20,000 nucleotides of DNA from Dehalococcoidia bacterium (GTDB lineage Bacteria > Chloroflexota > Dehalococcoidia > Lucifugimonadales > VXLM01): assembly GCA_963662435.1 (NCBI GenBank), contig OY759598.1:4125413-4145412 (forward strand), in the 5' to 3' direction. A program made the translations under genes and the position numbers. Below the pieces are notes generated by a model. It was not told the origin of the DNA, searched no databases, and saw nothing but the letters and a program-made list of their open reading frames with translations. How positions within the stretch are numbered: position 1 is the first letter of the stretch; each line of letters begins with the position of its first letter. Of the stretch, positions 1 to 8,624 are shown piece by piece.

Positions 1-234
1 GAACTCGACATCCTCGCGGGCTGACTTCGATATCCGGTTGTACCATGCTAATTCGTCGCCGTGAAGCCACTCACCGAATGTCTCAGGCGTTGGATTGGCT
101 GCGGTGGGGGTTACTACCCCCACCGCTTGCCCAAAGGCTACAGAGACGGCGGCACTTTCGTTCTTTTCCTCCTTTTCGTCCGAGCAAGCTACAAGAAGCA
201 CCAATACCAGAGTGAAAGTAACTACGAACTTCAT
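1..234 (-). CDS. Putative lipoprotein, partial (runs off the window edge; absent from the ORF track)
   Basis: Manual translation from ATG 234: MKFVVTFTLVLVLLVACSDEKEEKNESAAVSVAFGQAVGVVTPTAANPTPETFGEWLHGDELAWYNRISKSAREDVEF (78 codons, open). Strong RBS TAAAGGAGGT upstream; hydrophobic leader ending in a lipobox-like LVAC. Confidence 0.8.
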   Translation of the reverse strand, partial: MKFVVTFTLVLVLLVACSDEKEEKNESAAVSVAFGQAVGVVTPTAANPTPETFGEWLHGDELAWYNRISKSAREDVEF

Positions 235-298
235 TGCGTCACCTCCTTTAGAGGGGTAGACCCAGCATACACGACATTAGTATGTGATGTCCTTAAGT

Positions 299-324
299 CC
301 CCTACCACAATAAAGCGGTAGGGG
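299..324. promoter_or_regulatory. Intergenic stem-loop (no poly-U tail, so not a clear terminator)
   Basis: CCCCTACC (299-306) pairs with GGTAGGGG (317-324), between two co-oriented genes. Confidence 0.35.
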
Positions 325-348
325 GCCTTGACTTGCTAAGGCACTGCG

Positions 349-885
349 CTAGAAGTTGCCGCTGTTCCCGGCAGTCCCCGACCAATGCGGGAAGTTCCCC
401 ACACCGTATGTATGCCAACGACCGGACTGGTAGGACTGACTGGTCGTTGCCATGACCGCTGTGGTGTGTGTTCCTTGGCCGTAGCCGTAGCTTACGCTAC
501 CGGAAGGACTCGTCAGTTTCACGAACGCCGTTATCCACGAACTGGTCTGACCACAGGACGCGAGCGTGGAACCATAAATCCTGTTAGCGCTGTACGACCT
601 CCAAACGGAACTGCTTACAGCACATCCACCACTGGACATAGTGTAGTTGTTGGTGTTCTGTGCGTACAGGTCTACGGCCACTCCGATGAGTTGTTCCCAA
701 TCCTCGGCCGGAATGGTTTGCATCTGTTCGTCGATCTGTCGCTGAACATCGGAGGGCAGACCATCGTATTGAGCCTGAGCCTGTTGGGTGAGCGGGCCAG
801 GAGGGCCATCGGCGTAGACGGCGGGGGACACGACGATAACGGCAAGAACCGTGAAAGCAGTAATGAGCAAAAGTTTCTTCAACAT
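349..885 (-). CDS. Secreted hypothetical protein: signal peptide, acidic pro-like segment, Ser/Thr/Gly/Tyr-rich C-terminal domain with two Cys
   Basis: 178 aa ORF; AAGGAGG RBS; MLKK plus hydrophobic core and a likely VYA|D cleavage site after residue 25. Confidence 0.85.
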   Translation of the reverse strand: MLKKLLLITAFTVLAVIVVSPAVYADGPPGPLTQQAQAQYDGLPSDVQRQIDEQMQTIPAEDWEQLIGVAVDLYAQNTNNYTMSSGGCAVSSSVWRSYSANRIYGSTLASCGQTSSWITAFVKLTSPSGSVSYGYGQGTHTTAVMATTSQSYQSGRWHTYGVGNFPHWSGTAGNSGNF

Positions 886-1116
886 TGGAGACCTCCTTCA
901 GGTACTAAGCTATATGTCCGATCCTTGCGTAAGTTACCTATAACCAGTTCCAATGGCTTCAGGATACAAGGGTGTTGTATATGCAACGTATAGATGAACC
1001 GCTCTGCTGTTTGGATTCTGTATAGAAATCCGGCTTGAAAGTTAGCTATAGAATATCGCGGTCTCAGGTGTTACAGTTCTCACCGTCGGCTAAATCTCTT
1101 GTGTCAGGTCTTCTAG

Positions 1117-1860
1117 TTGCAGGAATCCGAGAAACTCGTTACAGCGCTAAAGAGTCTTAGAAAGTATCTCTCTACGACCAGTGAGATCAGCCCTCGCGCC
1201 AACGACGTTGCTGACCTGGAGGCGCGCTTCAAAGTGATCGAAGACGCTGCCCGATCACTGGCAGCCTCTAGAGACGAAAACGAAACCGAGAAACGGCGAT
1301 TGGCGGCGCTGGTCGACTCGTCGCCGGTGGGGGTTATGGTAGTTGACGCTTCCTCCAGGACGCTTGTATCGGTCAACCTTGAGGCTCAACGCATACTCGG
1401 CATGTCACCTGAGCCCGGTAGTTCGCTTGTGCAATACCATCAAACGGCAATTTACCGAAGGGTGGACGGGAAGAAGTACGAGGAGTCTGAACGCCCGCTG
1501 GCCAGGTCCTTGGATTGCGGCGAGGTCGTGCGGGCGGAAGAGATACTACTGACCGCCCCCGACGGCCGTACCGTGACGATTCTCGTCAACGCGACGCCGA
1601 TCTACTCCAATGAAGGCGATATAACAGCAGCTGCCGCGGTCCTCCAAGACATGACTCCGTTAGAGGAGATGGAACGCCTACGCAACGACTTCCTTGCTAT
1701 AGTGAGCCATGAGCTACGGACACCCTTGACTGCGATCAAGGGAACTGCCGCCACCGTGCTGAGCACGTCTACTCCATTCAGCTACGTGGAGACTCGCCAG
1801 TTTTTCCGAACCGTCGACCAACAAGCCGATGTACTAAAGTGGACTTTGTACAAAGTATAG
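1117..1860 (+). pseudogene. PAS-domain sensor histidine kinase truncated within HisKA; HATPase domain absent
   Basis: PAS-like segment (LVDSSPVGVMVVDA...PDGRTVTILVNATPI) and H-box FLAIVSHELRTPLTAIKG. The frame runs into the IS end at about 1838 and stops inside it. Confidence 0.8.
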
Positions 1861-3301
1861 ACAAATGATAGGAACAGGGTAAGCTAACAAGACCAAACCA
1901 TCACGAAAGGTCAAGTTATGCTCACCCTGCCCGATGCGATTATATCCTTACTCAACCCGTTCGCGCCGATGTTTCAGGCCAGAACATGGTCGAAAGTGCA
2001 GGTGCTCCTGATTGGGGCAATCCTGGCCACGCGCAAGCGCACCGTCACCTCGGCGCTCCGCGTCATGGGACTCAGCGACGACACCAGCTTTGCCCGTTAC
2101 CACCGCGTTCTCAACCGTGCCGAGTGGTCACCTCTCCGGTTGGCACACTGCCTGCTGTTGCTCTTGGTACAACACTTCGATCACGGCGATGGCCCGCTGG
2201 TGTTTGGGATCGACGAGACCCTGGAGCGGTGACGTGGTAGGCGGATCAAGGCCAAGGGGATATATCGCGACGCAGTGCGCTCCAGCGCAAGTCACTTCGT
2301 CAAGGCCTCCGGCCTGCGCTGGGTAAGTCTGAAGTTGTTAACGACCATACCCTAGGCAGATCGAACATGGTCCTTGCCGGTGCTGACGGCCCTGGCGCCG
2401 TCTGAACGGTACTATCAGCAGTTGGGGCGGACTCACAAGAAGCTGACCGACTGGGCGCGCCAGATGATAGTCCAACTCCGTCGCTGGTTACCCAACCGTC
2501 CTCTGGTAATAGTGGCCGACAGTAGCTACGCTGCTCTGGATCTGCTCGCATTTCTGTCAGTCCATGACTCGCCCAGTCACCTTCATTACCCGGTTGCGTC
2601 TCGACGCCGCGCTCTATGAACCCGCTCCACCTCGACTGCCCGGACAGACGGGCCGCCCACGGCTCAAAGGTCAGCGGCTGCCCACACTAAAACAACTCCT
2701 CGATCAACCGGCAACCGCGTGGACTGTCGTAATGATCCCTTGGTACGACGGTACCCTACGCAGAGTGGAGATCGCCTCTCATACGGCGGTCTGGTATCAC
2801 AAGAGTAAGGTCCCAGTCCCTATCCGTTGGGTCTTGATACGCGACCCTATGGGTGCATTCCGGCCACAGGCTTTGTTGTGCACCGAGCTCAACGTCGAGC
2901 CCACTCGAATCGTCGAATGGTTCGTGTTGCGATGGCAACTGGAGGTTACCTTCCAGGAAGTTCGCACTCACCTGGGAGTGGAGACTCAGCGCCAATGGTC
3001 TGACCTAGCCGTCGCCCGCACCACACCGGCGCTCTTCGGGTTGTTCTCATGGGTTACACTGGCAGCACATGCACTGGGTCGAGGCCAAACCGTACCCGTC
3101 CGCTCAGCAGCCTGGTATCCCAAGGCCCTGGCCCTGCCCACCTTCTCCGATGCTATCGCTCTGGTCCGCCATCACCTGTGGTCCAACTCAGACGTTTTCG
3201 GCATATCGCCTGCTCAACCCAACATCCGAAAACTCCCTCGCTCCATAGTTGACCGCTTCATAGAATCGCTGTCCTACGCAGCATGAATGTACAAAGTCCA
3301 G
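1838..3301 (+). mobile_element. IS701-family-like insertion sequence, decayed
   Basis: Perfect 13-bp inverted repeats TGGACTTTGTACA (1840-1852) / TGTACAAAGTCCA (3288-3300); CTAA on both sides (1834-1837, 3302-3305) as likely target duplication; encloses a DDE transposase. Confidence 0.85.
1918..3286 (+). pseudogene. IS701-family-like DDE transposase pseudogene
   Basis: Motifs GIDETLER, VADSSY, RWQLEVTFQEVRTHLGVETQRQWSD. Broken by TGA 2230-2232, TAG 2353-2355 and a 1-bp frameshift near 2551-2553. Confidence 0.85.
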
Positions 3302-3413
3302 CTAAGATACAAGAGTTGATGAGAGGAATGCCCCCGGAGCATCGTGACACGGTCTGGCTCAAAGCTAAAGTGCCCAGTCTGTGGCTCTGTTTCTCCATAA
3401 GATCTCACGAAGT

Positions 3414-3426
3414 CTGAACAGTTACC
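3414..3426 (+). repeat. 13-bp direct repeat CTGAACAGTTACC, second copy at 6829-6841 (IS110 right junction)
   Basis: Exact match read from the sequence. Confidence 0.7.
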
Positions 3427-3547
3427 GGAGATTGACTGGCCTTGCAGGAACCAAATATCATGCCATCATCTCGTTTAGATCGCCCATTGAGCCTGAAGAC
3501 TCCCAATATGGGGAATCCCGGCTAGAATGGAGTGCGAGGCGCAAGAC

Positions 3548-4297
3548 ATGAGAATCGTAGATTCCCAGGGCCAACGGATATCGAATCTGATTGAGTGGCG
3601 TAGTCGAATCTTCGATGGGACGTCGAAGGAGAAGGATTGGAAGAAGGGACGTAGTGCCTGTTCCCTTGCCGAGTTCATTATGGATCGGCAGGGTGCGGCA
3701 TATCTGGAAACGCGCATGTCTTCGGTCCTGTCTCAGCATGTAGAGTTGGAGCAGGCCACGCCGGAGTATCTGGCAAAGTTCGACTCCTATCCGGGAAACC
3801 CTAGCAACCTGGACCTTGGAATCACCGGACATGTTGAACGGTTGCCTGTCAACGCAAGTCTATTTGTAGGAGTGGAAGCGAAGGTAGATGAGACATTTGG
3901 GAGTACGGTGAGGAGCAGGTACTCTTCGGCCATGAACAGACGGGATGCGGGGAAGAAGACCAATGCACCCGAGAGGGTGAAGGGGCTGTTGTCGAAGTAC
4001 TTCTCGGTCCAGGATTCACCGGACACTTCCCGTTTCGCGGATGTTCGCTATCAACTGTTGACGGGAACCGCCGGGACGGTTGCCGCACCGGGCGAGGTCT
4101 CGGTGTTTTACATCCTGGTTTTCAGAACTTCAACGTACGATGAGCGAAGGGGCCTGTCGAACTTACAGGACTATGAGGGCTTCATAGAAGCTGCACATGG
4201 CGAACTTGTGGAGAGGGACGGCAAGAGTTTCAGGGCTGACGAACTTGAGCTCGGCGGGAAAAGATTGGTCTGCGTCTATGATTACTTGGACTCCTGA
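3548..4297 (+). CDS. Putative PD-(D/E)XK-fold nuclease-like protein (DUF6946-like)
   Basis: Motifs WKKGRSA, NLDL, VGVEAKVDETFG (E-x-K), RYQLLTG. Start is ATG 3548 or 3527. Family name is from recall. Confidence 0.65.
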   Translation: MRIVDSQGQRISNLIEWRSRIFDGTSKEKDWKKGRSACSLAEFIMDRQGAAYLETRMSSVLSQHVELEQATPEYLAKFDSYPGNPSNLDLGITGHVERLPVNASLFVGVEAKVDETFGSTVRSRYSSAMNRRDAGKKTNAPERVKGLLSKYFSVQDSPDTSRFADVRYQLLTGTAGTVAAPGEVSVFYILVFRTSTYDERRGLSNLQDYEGFIEAAHGELVERDGKSFRADELELGGKRLVCVYDYLDS

Positions 4298-4526
4298 TGT
4301 CGCCCGGTCTCGTTCACACACACATAGCTCGATGGTCTTCTATACACTCGCCCAAGCAACTAACTGTCTGTGCTGACTCCTAGTTTGCGGAGAATTGCGC
4401 GACCTCCATTCGAATCAGGACTCAACGACGCCGCTCTCGCTTCTGAAGCCGTGTATCGTATTATTCCGTTTAGATTCTTCGTCGCTGCTCTCCTCAGAAT
4501 GACAGGAGGGTTGGTGAGTTCGCCAT

Positions 4527-4625
4527 CTAGGTAAGCAGGACAGACGCGCCTGTAGGATCCGGGAAAACTGGAATCAGAATGAACACTCCAATCGTTGCGA
4601 ATGCTTTGATGTCTTGTCTACTCAC
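4527..4625 (-). CDS. Possible 32-aa hydrophobic small protein
   Basis: GTG start, MSRQDIKAFATIGVFILIPVFPDPTGASVLLT*, GAGGAG 10 nt upstream. Confidence 0.3.
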   Translation of the reverse strand: MSRQDIKAFATIGVFILIPVFPDPTGASVLLT

Positions 4626-4781
4626 GAAGCTGCAACTCCTCATTCCAAGAATTGGTGTTGGGGAATGAGCCAAATTGCCCGCGTTGACCGGCTTGGTTGA
4701 TGGGTTGGCACAGACCGCCCAAGTAGGAGTAAGTCGGTTAGCGGCGCGACGTACCGATACCCTGTTGTGAACAAACGAACC

Positions 4782-5210
4782 TCATGTAGCGCGTGAAAAC
4801 CTGATGCACGGATAGGCGGGGACTTCCCTTGCCGTTATCTCACCTGTTCCTTTGGCTGTGGCGACCTTGCCCTTGACAGACTCTTCAGCGTCGTCAAACT
4901 CTATATTGCGTAGTCGTTCGTTTGACAGGAAGCCTCCCTCGACATTCGTGATCTCGTGTCGCTTGATTCGCTGTGATAATTCTCGTGCCAGATAACTCGC
5001 CAAGGTGAACTCCTCACCTATCCCTTTACCACCAACGACATAGCCTAGCCGGTCGAAGTCTTCTCTAAAGGTTTCTTTGAACAGGATTGCGAGTTGATAA
5101 CCCGTAGCGAAGGATCTGCCAAGGTGGTGGCCATCGTACTTTAGGTCCCTCAATATCTGAACCACCTTCGAAACAAGGCAATTGGCGTTCCAAATAGTTT
5201 CGTTACTCAT
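4782..5210 (-). CDS. Hypothetical protein
   Basis: 142 aa ORF with protein-like composition (HHLGRSFATGYQLAI, VEGGFLSN); start overlaps the upstream stop (ATGA). Confidence 0.6.
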   Translation of the reverse strand: MSNETIWNANCLVSKVVQILRDLKYDGHHLGRSFATGYQLAILFKETFREDFDRLGYVVGGKGIGEEFTLASYLARELSQRIKRHEITNVEGGFLSNERLRNIEFDDAEESVKGKVATAKGTGEITAREVPAYPCIRFSRAT

Positions 5211-5416
5211 CTTAGTATCCTCGGTTCAAGTTCGTTCTGAATCTCTTTCCGATAGAGTAGTAGCTTCCAAACGAGGGCAATGTCTAAATGAGGCCGCAAT
5301 TCATTGGCGGTAGTCGCCGCCCCGTGTTGGCATCTCAGTATCTCCCCATCCCATCGGCGGTAGGTCCCGTCCTTCAGGTCCGTCTCTGTCTTTCTAAGGA
5401 AGTAGGGATCGATCAC
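5207..5416 (-). pseudogene. Probable C-terminal remnant of a gene coupled to 4782..5210
   Basis: 69 codons ending in an ATGA overlap; the 5' end abuts an unrelated fragment on the other strand. Confidence 0.4.
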
Positions 5417-5530
5417 CGATCCTCTGCGTAGATGGCTTCAATCTCTACTGCCGCGCCTTGGGAGACGCGTCATTCAGATGGCTCGATCTGCCGAAGCTGG
5501 CCGAGACGCTCTTTCCTCAGAACGCCGTTC
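5416..5530 (+). pseudogene. N-terminal fragment of an NYN-domain (LabA-like PIN-fold) protein
   Basis: Manual translation PILCVDGFNLYCRALGDASFRWLDLPKLAETLFPQ matches the VDGFNLY...WLDL start of NYN proteins. No start codon; in-frame TAA at 5395. Confidence 0.7.
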
Positions 5531-5641
5531 TACTACCCGGTGGCGTGGTGCTCGCTCCCGGCCTTGGAGATAGGCAGCGAGTCGCCAAACGTCATGTCCG
5601 TGCTCGCGCGCGATGCTATCTTTGATCTGCCACAGCTCCTT
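5474..5641 (-). pseudogene. Headless small protein (KELWQIKDSIAREHGHDVWRLAAYLQ...), cut at the IS110 left end
   Basis: Manual translation; resembles small helical proteins often found beside PIN toxins (recall). An in-frame TAA lies just upstream, inside the IS. Confidence 0.5.
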
Positions 5642-5654
5642 TGTATCTTAGTAG

Positions 5655-6813
<1,159 letters not shown>

Positions 6814-6934
6814 TTTTCAACACAGTTGCTGAACAGTTACCTACCTCTCAGAAACATCGACCATTGGCTTGTTGGGCTGCTATACTGAACATGGAGTTCA
6901 CTTAGAGCATTTTTCGGCCTGGGGAGAAGACAGC

Positions 6935-7792
6935 ATGCCGTATACGACTGATATCAGCAGAAACAACCCCGGTTGCTTTCTCTTTCTGATTGATCAGTCG
7001 GGTTCGATGGCGGGTGCGCTGGGTGGTCAACCGGAGTTGCGCAAAATGGACGGGGCGGCCGATGCCGTGAACCGCATCCTCGACGCCATCTCCCAACGCT
7101 GCTCACAGGGCATGGACGTTCGCGACTACTTCCATGTCGGCGTAATCACATACACCTCGGACGCCTCGGGGAATCCGGACGTGCAGACCGCCCTTCCAGG
7201 GACCTCTCCGAAGGAACCCTTCCTCACCATCAGCCAGGTTGTCGACGCCGCCACCGTGGAGGACAGGCAGGTGAAGGAGCCGGACGGCGCAGGCGGACTC
7301 GTGGAGGTAACCCGAAAGTTCCCTGTGTGGCTGAACCCCGAAGCCAAGTGGGGTACGCCAATGTGCGCGGCGTTGTCCACAGCTTCCCAGGCGCTCCACG
7401 ACTGGATAGTCGATCACCCGAGCTCCTATCCCCCTATGATGATCAGCGTCACCGACGGCGCCGCCACGGACGGGAATCCGGTGCCCCTGGCCGAAGAGAT
7501 CATGGCCATGGAGACCAACGACGGCAATGTGCTGATCTACAACGCCCATCTTTCGGAAATGTCCGCGATGCCGGTCCAGTACCCGTCCGACGAGAGCGAA
7601 GTGCCTCCCGACGAGTACGCGGGGCAGATGTTCCGCATGTCTTCGGAGTTTCCCGACTCGGTGGTGGACTTGGCCGCGGGCATGGGCCTGCCGGTCACCA
7701 AGGGCTCACGCGGTTACGTCTACAACGCCGACATGGTGGCCCTGGTGCAGTTCCTGGACATTGGAACCCGGGCCGCTGCGGACCTGCGCTGA
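6935..7792 (+). CDS. vWA-domain protein, TerY-like
   Basis: MIDAS motifs LIDQSGSM, GTPM, VTDG; ATG 6935 after a GGGGAG RBS; first gene of a vWA-PP2C-kinase cluster. Confidence 0.88.
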   Translation: MPYTTDISRNNPGCFLFLIDQSGSMAGALGGQPELRKMDGAADAVNRILDAISQRCSQGMDVRDYFHVGVITYTSDASGNPDVQTALPGTSPKEPFLTISQVVDAATVEDRQVKEPDGAGGLVEVTRKFPVWLNPEAKWGTPMCAALSTASQALHDWIVDHPSSYPPMMISVTDGAATDGNPVPLAEEIMAMETNDGNVLIYNAHLSEMSAMPVQYPSDESEVPPDEYAGQMFRMSSEFPDSVVDLAAGMGLPVTKGSRGYVYNADMVALVQFLDIGTRAAADLR

Positions 7793-7808
7793 TCGGTTGG
7801 AGGGTGAG

Positions 7809-8624
7809 TTGGCCCTTCGACCTCCCACAGAGCTCTGGGTGCCCAAGGCGGGCAACGGCCCGGAGGAGTACGAGGACGCTTTCCGCATCGCATACCCCCA
7901 GCGAATCGGAGCGTCCGGCTGTGGTGCGGCGCGGATAGTCGTCACCGACGGCGCCAGCGAGTCTGCCTTTGCCCGGGAGTGGGCGAATGCCCTGGCCGAT
8001 GAGTTCGTGACACGGCCCCCGGAGCTATGTGGCCTGACGGAGGACTCTCTGAACGCGTGGCTGCGGCCGGCACAGGCGGCATGGCACTCGGGAGTACCTT
8101 GGGAAAGCCTGCCCTGGCACGGAGAGGCCAAGGCGCGGGCAGGGGCTTTCGCCACCATATTGGGGCTGGTTGTCGGGGCTGATCCGGACGACCCCGGACG
8201 GCTCTCATGGCAGGCGGTGGCCGTAGGAGATAGCTGCCTCTTTGTCGTCCGCGACGACCGGCTATGGCTATCCTTCCCCCTGGAAGACGCCAGCGAGTTC
8301 GACAACACCCCCGCCCTGGTCTGCAGCAACCCCGATAACGCAGGGGATATGTGGGAAGGGGCGCGCCTGCGCAGCGGTGAGTGCGCGGCGGGCGACCTCA
8401 TCATTCTCGCTACAGACGCCCTGGCCTGCTGGCTCCTAACCCAGTACGCCGCCGGGGAGAAGCCATGGGAAACCCTGCTGGCGTTGGACGCGGCGGAATG
8501 GGACGCCTGGATCGAAGAGCAACGCCGCGAGGGGCTGATGCGGAACGACGATACCACGTTGGTGACCGTCGAGGTAGTCCAGGACAGCGAGGCGAAACGA
8601 GAGCCATGCCCTGGCCAGGGATAA
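7809..8624 (+). CDS. PP2C-family protein phosphatase
   Basis: Motifs EDA, VTDGASES, VGDSC, LATDAL, NDDTT; probable TTG start after GGAGGG. Confidence 0.88.
   Translation: MALRPPTELWVPKAGNGPEEYEDAFRIAYPQRIGASGCGAARIVVTDGASESAFAREWANALADEFVTRPPELCGLTEDSLNAWLRPAQAAWHSGVPWESLPWHGEAKARAGAFATILGLVVGADPDDPGRLSWQAVAVGDSCLFVVRDDRLWLSFPLEDASEFDNTPALVCSNPDNAGDMWEGARLRSGECAAGDLIILATDALACWLLTQYAAGEKPWETLLALDAAEWDAWIEEQRREGLMRNDDTTLVTVEVVQDSEAKREPCPGQG

Noticed and set aside
4359..4370. ACTAACTGT, 8/9 match to the left target guide
   Set aside because: Lacks the CT core and the GAACA right half.
3302..5651. Inverted 11-mer CTAAGATACAA at 3302-3312 and 5641-5651
   Set aside because: Many 11-mer matches are expected by chance in 20 kb, and each copy is otherwise explained by a different IS end.
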